A stretch of DNA of 64,000 nucleotides, taken from the NCBI GenBank assembly GCA_034433305.1, contig DAOUAM010000028.1, forward strand, positions 44,699 to 108,698, read 5' to 3'. A model generated the notes under the pieces. It had not been told where the DNA came from. It worked only from the letters and a program-made list of their open reading frames with translations, and searched no databases. This document shows positions 9,229-18,856 of the stretch, one piece after another. The position numbers and the translations under genes are program-made. Numbering within the stretch: position 1 is the first letter of the stretch; each line of letters begins with the position of its first letter. Source of the DNA: Dehalococcoidia bacterium (lineage in GTDB: Bacteria; Chloroflexota; Dehalococcoidia; Lucifugimonadales; DAOUAM01).

Positions 9229-10632
9229 TTATCCAGCCAGCTTGCCAGGGTTCAGGATGTTGTTGGGGTCCAGGGCGCGCTTTATGTCGCGCACGACCTG
9301 CACACCGGCGCCAAGCTCACGCCCGTAGAGGTGGGCCAGCTTGATACCCACGCCGTGGCAGTACTCCATGCTGCCGCCCATGTCCTGGGCCAGTACCAGC
9401 ACCGCGTCCACGGCGTCGGCCATCCTCTCAGCGGCATCGGGCGTGCCGTCCTCAGCCCCGATGAGGAAGGAGAAGAACTCGGGCCTGGCCCACAGCGACC
9501 ACTCGTGTACCACTATGCGGCGGGACGCCAGGACTTGCTGGCAGCGACGCCGGTACTCCAGCACTCTGGAGGCCGGCAGCGATACGTGCAGATAGTCCAT
9601 ACGCCAGCCAGAGCGGCGCCGCCTGGCCGCCCTGGGGTCTTGAAGCACCTCCCGCTTGTACCGCTCCGCCGAGGCGTGCCGGGTATTCCAGTACTGCTGC
9701 GCTTCCCCCTCCTCCGCGTCCCTGGCGTCGAAGCGACGGCAGACCTCGCTGGCACGCCGGCCCCGCGCCTCCACATCCTCCCGCAGACCATCGAAGGCAA
9801 CGTACAGCGTGGCCTCGCGGCTTTCCTGTCCATCCTCCGGCCAGTACTCGTCACCGTAGTCTACCAGTGCAGGCCGCAGCCCCTGAGCGAACAGCTCCTT
9901 GATTGCCCGGTAGCCGGCCTCGAACTCCGGGAAGACATAGGCCCGCAGGAGACGCTGCTCAGGCTGCGGAAAGGCCTGGACCGTCGCCTCGGTGATGACG
10001 CCCAGCGTGCCCTCAGAGCCGATGAACAGGTGATTGAGAGAGGGGCCAAGGGAGGTGTTGGGCACGGCCCTGGTCCTGACAATCTCACCGGTGGGCAGGA
10101 CTACCTCCAGCCCCAGCACTTGCTGGCCCATGGAGCCGTAGCCGGCGGCCAGGTAGCCGACGCCGTCGGTGGATATGGCCCCGCCCACGGTGGCGATGGG
10201 CCTGCTCCAGGGGTCATGCCCCAGCAGCATGCCCTCGCGCTCCAGGGCCGTCGAAACGTCCTCCAGGATGGCCCCGGCCTGCGCCCTTACAGTCCTGTCC
10301 TCCCGGCTGACCTCCAGCACCGAGCACATGCGCTGGAGGTTGAGCACGATGCAGCCCTCCACGGGGGCCGCGGCGCCCATGACTCCCGTGCCGGCCGCGT
10401 AGGGCACCACGGGGACCTGGTGGCTGCTGGCGAAGCGCAGCAGCCTGGACACGTCCTGGGTATCGGCCGGCCATACAATCACGGCCGGCCGGGCAGACAG
10501 TCTCGACGCCGCCCGGAAGGCACGGAAAGTCCCCAGCGCGTCGCCCGAGTAACGCTCGATATGCTCCTGCTCGGTGGATACTTTGCCTTCGCCGATGAGC
10601 CGGCGAAGGTCTGCCGTCAGACTATTCACCAT
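9229..10632 (-). CDS. FAD-linked oxidoreductase (GlcD / alkyl-DHAP-synthase-like, VAO/PCMH family)
   Basis: PYAAGTGVMG, GHDPWSRPIATVGGAI, FIGSEGTLGVITEA, YCHGVG, ALDPNNILNPGK. Confidence 0.85.
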   Translation of the reverse strand: MVNSLTADLRRLIGEGKVSTEQEHIERYSGDALGTFRAFRAASRLSARPAVIVWPADTQDVSRLLRFASSHQVPVVPYAAGTGVMGAAAPVEGCIVLNLQRMCSVLEVSREDRTVRAQAGAILEDVSTALEREGMLLGHDPWSRPIATVGGAISTDGVGYLAAGYGSMGQQVLGLEVVLPTGEIVRTRAVPNTSLGPSLNHLFIGSEGTLGVITEATVQAFPQPEQRLLRAYVFPEFEAGYRAIKELFAQGLRPALVDYGDEYWPEDGQESREATLYVAFDGLREDVEARGRRASEVCRRFDARDAEEGEAQQYWNTRHASAERYKREVLQDPRAARRRRSGWRMDYLHVSLPASRVLEYRRRCQQVLASRRIVVHEWSLWARPEFFSFLIGAEDGTPDAAERMADAVDAVLVLAQDMGGSMEYCHGVGIKLAHLYGRELGAGVQVVRDIKRALDPNNILNPGKLAG

Positions 10633-10793
10633 GGGTCAGCTCCAGCGCCTGTTGTCTGCGTCCGGGGAAGCAGGCTATGCTAAGCGAGCCTCCGCCAGGC
10701 CCTCGAGAGGACGGCGAGGCTTCTCCGCCTCAGACCCAGATTAGCAGATAGGCGGCGGATGGGACAGCCGGGCCACTAGAAGCAGGCGTGGGG

Positions 10794-12158
10794 CTACCTC
10801 AGCTTCCACTCGGTGCCGCCGCCGGGCTTGTCCTCCAGGACGACACCATGCTCGGCGAGGCGCTGGCGTATCTTGTCGGCAAGGGCGAACTGCCTGGCCG
10901 CCCGAAGCTCTGACCTGACATCCACCAGGAGCTGCACAAAGGGGGCGACATCCACCTTGCCCACGGCCTCCGGCTCTTTCAGGGTGAGGCCCAGCACGCC
11001 GGCAAGCTCCCGCAGCGTGGCCTGGGCATCGGCCACGTCCTGCCCCTGCTCACGGCCACGGTTGATGTCCCTGGCCAGGTCGAAGAGGGCCGCGATGGCG
11101 CGAGGGGTGTTCAGGTCATCGTCCATGGCCTCGATGAACCGCTGCCGGTAGGGCGCCGGGTCCAGTCTGGGGCCGCCGCCTCCGGCGCCATCCTTGAGGG
11201 CATGGCGCAGACGCTCAGCGGCGCGCTCCTGGGCGGCCACCCCATCCTCGCTGTACACCAGGGGACTGCGGTAGTGAGAGCTGAGAAAAAACAGCCGCAT
11301 GGCGTCCGGGGAAGACCGCTGGAGGGCTTCGGCAATGGGCACGATGTTGCCCAGGGACTTGCTCATCTTGTCCTCGCCCACCCTCAGCAGGCCATTGTGG
11401 ACCCAGAAGCGGGCAAAAGGCTCCTTCTGGGTGTAGTTCTCCGACTGGGCAATCTCGTTCTCGTGGTGGGGGAAAATCAGGTCCTGGCCGCCGCCGTGAA
11501 TGTCCAGGCTTTCGCCCAGGTAGCCAATGGACATGGCGCTGCACTCGATGTGCCAGCCGGGCCTGCCGGGGCCCCAGGGGCTGTCCCAGGCCGGCTCGCC
11601 GGGCTTCTGGCCCTTCCACAGAGCGAAGTCCATGGCGTCTTCTTTGGCCTCACCTGGCTCCACCCTGGCACCGGCCATCATGCTCTCCAGGGAGCGATGG
11701 CTGAGCTTGCCATAGTCCGGGTCGCGGCGCACCCGGAAGTACACGTCGCCGTTGACCGAGTAGGCGTAGCCCCGGTCTATCAGCACCTTGATGATCTCAA
11801 TAATCCTGGGGATCTCCTCGGTGGCCCTGGGGTACTTGTGGGCGCGCTGGACGTTCAGCGCGTCCATCTCGCGGAGGTATGCCTCGATGTTCCTGTCCGC
11901 CAGTTCCTTGGTGGAGATGCCCAGCCTGGCCGCGCCCTGGATCATCTTGTCATCAATGTCGGTGAAGTTCTGGACGTGCTTGACCTTCAGGCCTTTGAAC
12001 TCCAGGTAGCGCCGCAGCACATCGAAGATGATGTAGCTCATGGCGTGGCCCACGTGGGACGCCGCGTAGGGTGTCACGCCACAGACATACATCTTCACCA
12101 CGCCATTCGCGACCGAGAAGTCTTCCTTTTTGCCGGAGAGGGTGTTGTAGAGCTTCAT
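10794..12158 (-). CDS. cysS: Cysteine--tRNA ligase
   Basis: MYVCGVTPY, HVGH, GRPGWHIECSAM, DIHGGGQDLIFPHHENE, KMSKS. Confidence 0.98.
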   Translation of the reverse strand: MKLYNTLSGKKEDFSVANGVVKMYVCGVTPYAASHVGHAMSYIIFDVLRRYLEFKGLKVKHVQNFTDIDDKMIQGAARLGISTKELADRNIEAYLREMDALNVQRAHKYPRATEEIPRIIEIIKVLIDRGYAYSVNGDVYFRVRRDPDYGKLSHRSLESMMAGARVEPGEAKEDAMDFALWKGQKPGEPAWDSPWGPGRPGWHIECSAMSIGYLGESLDIHGGGQDLIFPHHENEIAQSENYTQKEPFARFWVHNGLLRVGEDKMSKSLGNIVPIAEALQRSSPDAMRLFFLSSHYRSPLVYSEDGVAAQERAAERLRHALKDGAGGGGPRLDPAPYRQRFIEAMDDDLNTPRAIAALFDLARDINRGREQGQDVADAQATLRELAGVLGLTLKEPEAVGKVDVAPFVQLLVDVRSELRAARQFALADKIRQRLAEHGVVLEDKPGGGTEWKLR

Positions 12159-12637
12159 TCTGTCCGTTCTATCGTGGCGATTGCCAGGCTGGCGATGCCC
12201 TCGCCCCTGCCGATGAAGCCAAGGCCGTCGGTGGTCTTGGCCTTCAGGTTGAGGAAGGCCGGGCCAACGCCCAGCGTCGAAGCGAGGCTCTGCTTGATCT
12301 GGGCCATGAATGGCCTCAAGACCGGACGTTCGGCGAGTATTGTAGCATCAACGTAGCTGGTGCGCCAACCGTGGGCTTTCAGTATCTCCAGCGTCTTCTG
12401 GAGCAGGACCACGCTGGAAATGCCCCTGTACCTGGAGTCGCTGGAGGGAAAGTGGGTGCCTATGTCGTCCAGGCCGGCGCCGCCCAGCAAGGCGTCAATG
12501 ACGGCGTGGATGAGGACATCGCCATCGCTGTGGCCCTGAAGGCCCTTCTCGAAGGGGATGGACACTCCACCCAGTATGAGGGGCCTGCCCTCTACCAGGG
12601 GATGCACGTCGAAGCCGATGCCTGAGCGGGCTACCAT
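12155..12637 (-). CDS. ispF: 2-C-methyl-D-erythritol 2,4-cyclodiphosphate synthase
   Basis: GIGFDVH, GHSDGDVLIHAVIDALLG, DIGTHFP, KAKTTDGLGF. Confidence 0.97.
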   Translation of the reverse strand: MVARSGIGFDVHPLVEGRPLILGGVSIPFEKGLQGHSDGDVLIHAVIDALLGGAGLDDIGTHFPSSDSRYRGISSVVLLQKTLEILKAHGWRTSYVDATILAERPVLRPFMAQIKQSLASTLGVGPAFLNLKAKTTDGLGFIGRGEGIASLAIATIERTE

Positions 12638-13362
12638 GTGCCGCCCCCGGCCACGCCACGGGCGCGAAGCAGGGCCTCGGCGATGGCGATGTCCTCGGGC
12701 GTCGTCACTTTGATGTTCTCGTAGGAACCCATAAACAGCCTGACCTTGCCCCCCATGCGCTCCACCATGGAGGCGTCATCGGTGACATCCTCGACGACGC
12801 GCTGGTGGGCCTCCATCAGCAGCGACTTGAGAAATACCTGGGGCGTCTGGACGGCCCACAACTGGTCGCGGGGCAGCGTCCTGTCCACCAGCATGTCCGC
12901 GCCGGCAAGCTTGATAGTATCTTTCACTGGCACGGCAGCCGTGGCCGCGCCGGTCTCAGCAGCGTGGCGCAGGCCCCTCTCGATGAGGCTGGCGTCAACG
13001 CAGGGCCGGGCGCCATCATGCACCAGTACCCAGTGCATGTCCGCCAGCCGTTCCAGGCCGCACCTGACCGAGTCCTGGCGCCGCTGGCCGCCAGTGCAGA
13101 TGTCCCTTACCTTGTGGAAGCCGGCCTGCTGGACCAGCCGCCTGCCATCGGCGACGTTGTGCTGGGACAGCACCAGGACTATGGCATCCACCAGGGGCGA
13201 GGCGTGGAAGGCCTGGAGGGTGTAGCCGATAAGGGGCTTGCCCAGAAGCGGCAGAAAGACCTTGTCGCGCCCACCCATGCGGCGGCTGGCGCCGGCGGCG
13301 ACAAGGATAGCCCCCACCCTGGGGTGGGGGCCTCTGTCCCCCGGCGTCAGCGGCCCGGCCAC
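12631..13362 (-). CDS. ispD: 2-C-methyl-D-erythritol 4-phosphate cytidylyltransferase
   Basis: AAGASRRMGGRDK, GGQRRQDSV, VLVHDGARP, VQTPQVF, TDDASM, NIKVTTPED. Confidence 0.97.
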   Translation of the reverse strand: MAGPLTPGDRGPHPRVGAILVAAGASRRMGGRDKVFLPLLGKPLIGYTLQAFHASPLVDAIVLVLSQHNVADGRRLVQQAGFHKVRDICTGGQRRQDSVRCGLERLADMHWVLVHDGARPCVDASLIERGLRHAAETGAATAAVPVKDTIKLAGADMLVDRTLPRDQLWAVQTPQVFLKSLLMEAHQRVVEDVTDDASMVERMGGKVRLFMGSYENIKVTTPEDIAIAEALLRARGVAGGGTW

Positions 13363-13365
13363 GGG

Positions 13366-14427
13366 CTAGCCTCGCTTGGGCTGCGCGAAGATGATGGAAC
13401 CGGCAGCGGTCTGAAGGACACGGGTGACCAGCACATCCACATCGCGATTGATGAAACGGTATCCACCCTCAACCACCACCATGGTGCCGTCGTCCAGGAA
13501 GCCGACGCCCTGGCCTGGCTCCTTGCCTTCCTGTATCACCCGGATGGTCATGCCCTCGCCTGGTAGCACCACCGGCTTCAGGGAGTTGGCCAGCTCGTTG
13601 ATGTTGAGCACCGGCACGCCCTGGATCTGGGCCACACGGTTGAGGTTGTAGTCTGTAGTTATAATGGACGCGTGGAGGTCCTTGGCAAGCCCTACCAGTT
13701 TACCATCAACCTCGCCGCTGTCGCGATAGTCCACATCCAGGACCTGGATGGGGATTTCGGCCTCCTTGCGGAGCCTGTTAAGCATCTCCAGGCCCCTCCT
13801 GCCACGGTTGCGGCGAAGGGAGTCGCTGGAGTCGGCGATATGGCGCAGCTCGTCCAGTACAAACTTGGGTATGACCAGGGTGCCGCGCAGGAAGCCGGTG
13901 TGGGTGATGTCGGCGATGCGGCCGTCAATGATGGCGCTGGTGTCCAGCAGAATCTTGCCGTTATGGGTATTGACGGCGGCACCGCGTTTCCCGGCACTGG
14001 CAGCGCCCTCATGGGAGGCCAGGGCCTGGAAAATATCCCGGTTGGGCGATGCCATCAGCACCGCCCCCAGGTACCCCAGGAAGATGCTCAGGGTGATAGG
14101 CAGTCCCACGCCAAGCCAGCCGGGGAGACGGGACAGCGGTATGGAGAGCAGCAGGGCTACGAGCAGGCCCAGGACCAAGCCAAGGATACTGGAGAGGAGG
14201 GTGGTGGTAGGGATCTTCTCTAGCTGGCTAGCGACCCTGCGGGCAGCGCGGACGGAAAGATACGGCGAAAAGACCAGGCCAACTACAGCGCCCGTCAGGG
14301 TCAGTCCTGCGACCCATAGAACGTAACCCTCCGGCCCCCAGATCTCGCTGATGTACTCACCCAGTTTCCACCCGGCCGTGGCCAGGATCATGCCACCTAC
14401 GATGCGGGCGATGATCTCTGTGACCAT
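13366..14427 (-). CDS. yacL: PIN/TRAM domain membrane protein (YacL family)
   Basis: Four N-terminal TM segments, LLDTSAIIDGRI, RGRRGLEML, TTDYNLNRVA, GVGFLDDGTMVVVE; typical yacL-ispD-ispF order. Confidence 0.93.
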   Translation of the reverse strand: MVTEIIARIVGGMILATAGWKLGEYISEIWGPEGYVLWVAGLTLTGAVVGLVFSPYLSVRAARRVASQLEKIPTTTLLSSILGLVLGLLVALLLSIPLSRLPGWLGVGLPITLSIFLGYLGAVLMASPNRDIFQALASHEGAASAGKRGAAVNTHNGKILLDTSAIIDGRIADITHTGFLRGTLVIPKFVLDELRHIADSSDSLRRNRGRRGLEMLNRLRKEAEIPIQVLDVDYRDSGEVDGKLVGLAKDLHASIITTDYNLNRVAQIQGVPVLNINELANSLKPVVLPGEGMTIRVIQEGKEPGQGVGFLDDGTMVVVEGGYRFINRDVDVLVTRVLQTAAGSIIFAQPKRG

Positions 14428-14465
14428 GTAACCTCCTCCTCAATACCCCGCACTAGCCCAGGAAC

Positions 14466-14492
14466 AAAAAAAGTGTACTCACGTACACTTTT
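14466..14492 (-). terminator. Intrinsic-terminator-like hairpin in the leader of yacL
   Basis: Minus strand AAAAGTGTAC-GTGA-GTACACTTTT (10-bp stem) running into a T7 tract, 39 nt upstream of the yacL ATG. Confidence 0.7.
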
Positions 14493-14592
14493 CAGCACCG
14501 GTTTCCTAGACCGGGAAGGGAGCCTCGGTTCGTCGGAGGTCGCTCTTATACGATATACCACTTTTTCAGAAACTACGATAATATCTTGATAT

Positions 14593-14621
14593 AGAATAGC
14601 ACTGCCAACATTGGATGTCAA
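14593..14621 (-). promoter_or_regulatory. Sigma70-type promoter for yacL-ispD-ispF-cysS
   Basis: TTGACA (14621-14616), 17-nt spacer, TATTCT (14598-14593). Confidence 0.65.
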
Positions 14622-14765
14622 AGACCTGGCCCGCCATTGGCCCTTGATCTGGACATCAGGCCGTCCAGAGGGCATAGCCCCATTGGCCAAGCCCGTGCAG
14701 ACCGCTGGTGGCTTGCGCAGCCAGGCTGGCCCAGTCTTCCATCCGCCTGGTTGTGTACAAGCACG

Positions 14766-15923
14766 ATGAAACATTTACTTCAGCGGGCCGTCCTGGCTGT
14801 CGGTCTGGCGACGCTGCTGGCCGCTGTCCTGACAGCCCTGGTGCCACAAGTGCGCGCCGCATGGCGCACCACGCTTTTCATCGCCCAGGTCATGCCCAGC
14901 ATTCCCATGAAGCCCCAGGAGTGGATTACCCGCCCGCCAGACAGGCAGGAGGTCCTGTTCCAGACGCCCACCGGACACGGCAGGGCTGACCTCTACGTGC
15001 CCTTCGGCGCCGGCAGGCGTAGCGCGGTGCTGCTCTTCCTGGGCGTCAATCCGGCGGGACGCAACGACCCCAGGGTGGTCAGCCTGGCCCAGGGCCTGGC
15101 GCGCAACGGAACGGTAGTCATGATACCCTGGTCCGATAGCATGGCCCAGGGACGCATCAGGCTGGGGGATATCGAAGACCTGGTATGGGCCTTCCAGTAC
15201 CTGCGTGGACTGGCGGGGGTGGACCCGGAACGGGTAGGGATGGGCGGCTTCTGCGTCGGGGCGTCCCTGGCTACTGTGGCCGCCCAGGACCCGCGCATCA
15301 GGGATGCGGTAAAATTCATCAACTTCTTCGGCGGCTACTTTGACGCGGTGGACCTGGTGCGGGCCATAAGCAGCAGGACACGCTTCTACAACGGCCAGCA
15401 CAGGCCCTGGGAGCCGGATGCTCTGACGCAGCAGGTCTTCACCACACACCTCATCGAAGGGGTGGCCGCGCCCGGAGACAGGGAGACGCTGGCACGCATG
15501 TTCATCACCAGGGAGATCAGCACTGGTGACCCCTCGCTGCTGACGACCGATGAGGGCCGTGCAGTCCATGCCCTGCTGACAGGGCCAGATATAACTGAGG
15601 TGGGCGGCCTGCTGGCCAGGCTGTCGCCGGAGACGCTGGAGTTCCTCAAGGCCATTTCGCCCAGCACGCACATGGACCTGTTGCACGCCCGGGTCCTCAT
15701 AATGCACGACACGTCTGACCGGCTGGTGCCCTCGGAGGAGTCCCGCAGGCTGGCCGACGCCCTGGGCCATGACCCCAGGACGTACCACACGGAGCTGTCG
15801 CTGTTCCAGGGGCAGGTCAGGTTCCACGAGAGCGGGGAGGCCGGGCTGGGCATCCTGGACTACATACGGGAGGCGTCGAAGTTCTACTTGCATATGTATA
15901 ACATCGTTAGAGAGTTGGCCTGA
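14766..15923 (+). CDS. Membrane-anchored alpha/beta-hydrolase-fold protein with a Cys in the nucleophile position (dienelactone-hydrolase-like)
   Basis: ATG at 14766 MKHLLQRAVLAVGLATLLAAVLTAL (signal/TM); ADLYVP, G-F-C-V-G elbow, HDTSDRLVP. Confidence 0.65.
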   Translation: MKHLLQRAVLAVGLATLLAAVLTALVPQVRAAWRTTLFIAQVMPSIPMKPQEWITRPPDRQEVLFQTPTGHGRADLYVPFGAGRRSAVLLFLGVNPAGRNDPRVVSLAQGLARNGTVVMIPWSDSMAQGRIRLGDIEDLVWAFQYLRGLAGVDPERVGMGGFCVGASLATVAAQDPRIRDAVKFINFFGGYFDAVDLVRAISSRTRFYNGQHRPWEPDALTQQVFTTHLIEGVAAPGDRETLARMFITREISTGDPSLLTTDEGRAVHALLTGPDITEVGGLLARLSPETLEFLKAISPSTHMDLLHARVLIMHDTSDRLVPSEESRRLADALGHDPRTYHTELSLFQGQVRFHESGEAGLGILDYIREASKFYLHMYNIVRELA

Positions 15924-16013
15924 CGTGACACAGTGGCCGCGCGTCCTGCCTCTCCTTCAAGCGGGTGATAGCACCCTGTACAACCACAAGGCATTTTACG
16001 GAGTTTTCACTCT

Positions 16014-16544
16014 ATGGGCAAAAACTACTGGATGGTAGTGGTCACTCCGCAGGAGTTCCAGATAATCAAGGACCTGGGCTACTCGCTGTACGCCATGAGG
16101 GCCAAGTACCGGCGGCGCGCCGAGCGCATGCAGCCCGGCGACCGGGTGCTCTTCTACGTCAGCGGCGCGCGGAAATGGCCTGCCACGGGCACCATCACCT
16201 CCAGGTACTTCGAGGACCACTCCCCTGTGTGGACTCCCGGCGACGAGTTCCCGTTCCGCATCAAGCTGACGCCCAACATTGTCCTGGAGGACGAGGACTA
16301 TATAGATGCCCTGCTCCTGGCGCCCCGATTGGAGTACGTCAAGCGCTGGCCGCCAGAGGACTGGCCTCTGGCCTTCTACGACAGCCTGCACCTGCTGCCT
16401 CAGAAGGACTTCCGGCTGGTGGAAGGCGAGATGAAGCGCATAGTGACCCAGAGGCGCAGGGCCAAAAGGGCCGTGCTGCCTCCAGAGGAAGAGGCCACCT
16501 ACGCACAGGACTCCGAGGAGGCGCTGGCCCAGGACGACAGCTAG
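16014..16544 (+). CDS. EVE domain (PUA-like) protein
   Basis: [33 protein letters not shown]; pattern typical of EVE/UPF0310. Confidence 0.8.
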   Translation: MGKNYWMVVVTPQEFQIIKDLGYSLYAMRAKYRRRAERMQPGDRVLFYVSGARKWPATGTITSRYFEDHSPVWTPGDEFPFRIKLTPNIVLEDEDYIDALLLAPRLEYVKRWPPEDWPLAFYDSLHLLPQKDFRLVEGEMKRIVTQRRRAKRAVLPPEEEATYAQDSEEALAQDDS

Positions 16545-17539
16545 GTGGCCGCAGAGGCCCCGGCCGGCTCCAGGTGGAAGCCCTGGTCGTACAGGTCCCA
16601 CAGCCGGGCCACAAGGTCCTGGGGAATGGGCTGTGTCTCCGAGGCCGCCGCGAACTCCTCTAGCTGGGGCAGGTTGGTTATATTGGGCAGCACCGTGGCG
16701 ACCTGCGGGCCGGACAGGGCGAACTGGATGGCAAGCTGCCCTATGGTCCCGCTGAGTTCCCGGGTGAGAAAGTCCAGCTTCTCGACCTTCTTGAGGCCCT
16801 GCTCCAGCCACTCCTTGCGCCTGTGGCTGCGGTGGTCGCTGGCATCGAAGACCGTGTCCCTGGTATAGGTGCCGTCCAGCATGCCCGACGCGTGGGGCAC
16901 GCGGGTAATCAGGCCAGTCTTTTCCTCCTGGGCGATGGGGAAGAAACGGCGGGCCGGCTGCTGCTCCAGGATGCTGTAGATGATCTGGAGAGAGGCCACT
17001 TTGCGGACTTTCATGGAGGCCTCGCCCTCTTCAAACCAGCCGATATCAGGGCCAAGGGCCACCCCGTAGTACCGGAGCTTGCCCTCCCGGACAAGCTCCT
17101 TCAGCGTGTCAAAGACCTCGTCCCTCTCGATGGCATCCAGGCGTGGGTTGTGGAGCTGGTAGAGGTCTATGTAGTCGGTCTGGAGGCGGCGAAGGCTCTG
17201 CTCGCAGGCGAACCTGATGAACTCGGGTGAGAAGTTCTGGGGGCGCTCCTTGTGCCCCTGGCGCACGGTGTTGTTGTAGAAATCGTAGCCGAACTTGGTG
17301 CCAATGATTATGTCGTGGCGGTGCTTTTTGAGCGCTCTGGCCAGCACCTCCTCGCCATAGCCATCGCCGTAGGTGTCGGCGGTATCGAAGAAGTTTATGC
17401 CCAGGTCAAAGGCCCGGACCAGCAGCTTGAGGCCGTCCTCCTCGCTTATCTTGCCCCACCAGTTGGTGCTGACAGTCCAGACGCCAAATCCTACCTCGGA
17501 GACCTCCAGCTCTGTGGTGCCAAGTCGTCGGTACTTCAC
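16541..17539 (-). CDS. Aldo/keto reductase
   Basis: [55 protein letters not shown]. Confidence 0.93.
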   Translation of the reverse strand: MKYRRLGTTELEVSEVGFGVWTVSTNWWGKISEEDGLKLLVRAFDLGINFFDTADTYGDGYGEEVLARALKKHRHDIIIGTKFGYDFYNNTVRQGHKERPQNFSPEFIRFACEQSLRRLQTDYIDLYQLHNPRLDAIERDEVFDTLKELVREGKLRYYGVALGPDIGWFEEGEASMKVRKVASLQIIYSILEQQPARRFFPIAQEEKTGLITRVPHASGMLDGTYTRDTVFDASDHRSHRRKEWLEQGLKKVEKLDFLTRELSGTIGQLAIQFALSGPQVATVLPNITNLPQLEEFAAASETQPIPQDLVARLWDLYDQGFHLEPAGASAAT

Positions 17540-17560
17540 GCTATCCCTCTAGCAGCGGAA

Positions 17561-18163
17561 TTAGTGTAGCCTGGCTGATGCCGCGTTGAGCACCTGCCGA
17601 ATCGGGGCTGCCCTGGCCTCGTACTCCTCGTCCGAGAGGACGGGCCTCATATAGCCCAGGGGGACTTCCTGGCCCAGGTCAACCCAGGACTTGCAGCCCG
17701 CGTACTCGTCCAGGATGGGGAGGGCCTGGGGCTGCTGGAGGCTGTACACCCGCAGCAGGGCCACCGTCAGCGGCTGCTTGGGCTTCCAGTGCAGGCGCTT
17801 CTGCACGTAGTCCCGCGTCCAGATGTGATAAGGAAGCAGACTGTCCAGCGTCTCCTCCTCCGTGACCTGGAACTTGTCGGTGACCTCGCACCAGTGCTTG
17901 ACCATCACCAGGCCGGGGATATCGTCCTCCTCCAGGCTGAGCCGCAGGTCTTCGTGGTACTCCTGCTTCAGCAACTCTGACTTCTGGTGCTCATACGTCG
18001 GAAAGAGCAGGAACTCGGGGTGCAGAATGCGGAACTCTTTGTCCTCCCTGTGGATTCCGCCTTTGCGCAGCACTATGACCAGCTTTCCCTGGGCCATGGC
18101 GTGGACTGCCACCGCCCATTCCTTGAGGGCCAGAGTCGCGACTGCTGGAAGCACTGGGCACAC
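17561..18163 (-). CDS. DUF1802 family protein
   Basis: ALKEWAVAVHAM, LRKGGIH, FLLFPTYEHQ, HIWTRDYVQKRLHWKP, YAGCKSWVDL. Confidence 0.85.
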   Translation of the reverse strand: MCPVLPAVATLALKEWAVAVHAMAQGKLVIVLRKGGIHREDKEFRILHPEFLLFPTYEHQKSELLKQEYHEDLRLSLEEDDIPGLVMVKHWCEVTDKFQVTEEETLDSLLPYHIWTRDYVQKRLHWKPKQPLTVALLRVYSLQQPQALPILDEYAGCKSWVDLGQEVPLGYMRPVLSDEEYEARAAPIRQVLNAASARLH

Positions 18164-18198
18164 CTCTCCACAAGATTTAGCCTGACATGCAGCACTTC

Positions 18199-18228
18199 AT
18201 TATACCCAAGGGCGGGCGGCGCAGTCGA
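18199..18228 (-). promoter_or_regulatory. Probable promoter for DUF1802-AKR
   Basis: Perfect TATAAT at 18204-18199; weak -35 (TCGACT) about 18 nt upstream. Confidence 0.45.
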
Positions 18229-18354
18229 GGCACGCCGCTGGCGGTCACCAGCTACAAGCTCCCGCGGCCACGGTGCCGGCCTTCAGGGCTGGGTGAATCC
18301 AGCCCGGCGCTGGCTGCCGTAAAAACGAATGGAAGTATTTTGAAAGGAGGTGTT

Positions 18355-18807
18355 ATGGCAGGAAGGACCATCTTCCTTTACAGCATACTTCTAGGGATTA
18401 CGGCCATCGCTCTTGCATGCTCCCGTGGAGGGTCTAGCCCGACCCCGACGCGCACCGTGGCCGCGGTCACGCGCACACCCACTGCAGCGGCCACAGTTAC
18501 GGCCACCCGGACGCCAGCTACACCTACCGTGGTGGCCACCCGTACCGTAACATCCACGCCTGCATCTGGCGTGACCAGCACACCCACCCTGGCCCCAGCG
18601 ACACCCACACGCACGGCCCTGGCGACGACGACGCCAGCAGCCACGGCGACGGCGACCGCAAGGGCCACGGCCTCGCCAACGGCGACCGCGATGGCTACTG
18701 CCATGGCGACGCTCACCCCCACAGCCACGGCGACCGCGACGGCTACGCCCACGGCGGCGGCGACAGCCACGGCCACGCCTACAGCTACTGGCACGCCAAC
18801 GGCGTAG
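18355..18807 (+). CDS. Predicted lipoprotein made almost entirely of Thr/Ala/Pro low-complexity repeats
   Basis: RBS GAAAGGAGG before ATG 18355; signal peptide with lipobox-like IALAC; then PTATATATAT-type repeats up to the TAG. Confidence 0.7.
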   Translation: MAGRTIFLYSILLGITAIALACSRGGSSPTPTRTVAAVTRTPTAAATVTATRTPATPTVVATRTVTSTPASGVTSTPTLAPATPTRTALATTTPAATATATARATASPTATAMATAMATLTPTATATATATPTAAATATATPTATGTPTA

Positions 18808-18856
18808 GCAACACAAGCTTCGCGGCCACACGACTTGCACAGCGATGTGTCGTCCC

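Noticed and set aside
10683-10735. GC-rich stem-loop between cysS and the FAD oxidoreductase
   Set aside because: It is imperfect, I saw no second copy in the window, and such structures are expected at this GC content.
14428-14600. T-box, c-di-AMP or c-di-GMP riboswitch upstream of yacL...cysS
   Set aside because: There is no T-box motif (GGTGG.ACC.CG) and none of the c-di-AMP or GEMM conserved strings; the leader is also too short for a full T-box.
14576-14614. Short minus-strand ORF MLAVLFYIKILS as a leader peptide
   Set aside because: Its ATG lies inside the predicted promoter spacer, so it would not be transcribed from that promoter, and it has no RBS.
14766-18163. Calling the EVE/DUF1802 patch an anti-phage defence island
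   Set aside because: No nuclease, methyltransferase, ATPase or other effector and no mobility genes are nearby; kept only as a low-confidence observation.
18640-18805. Thr/Ala codon repeats as a CRISPR array or VNTR
   Set aside because: The repeats are degenerate at synonymous positions and in frame, with no constant repeat/unique spacer structure; this is protein-level low complexity.
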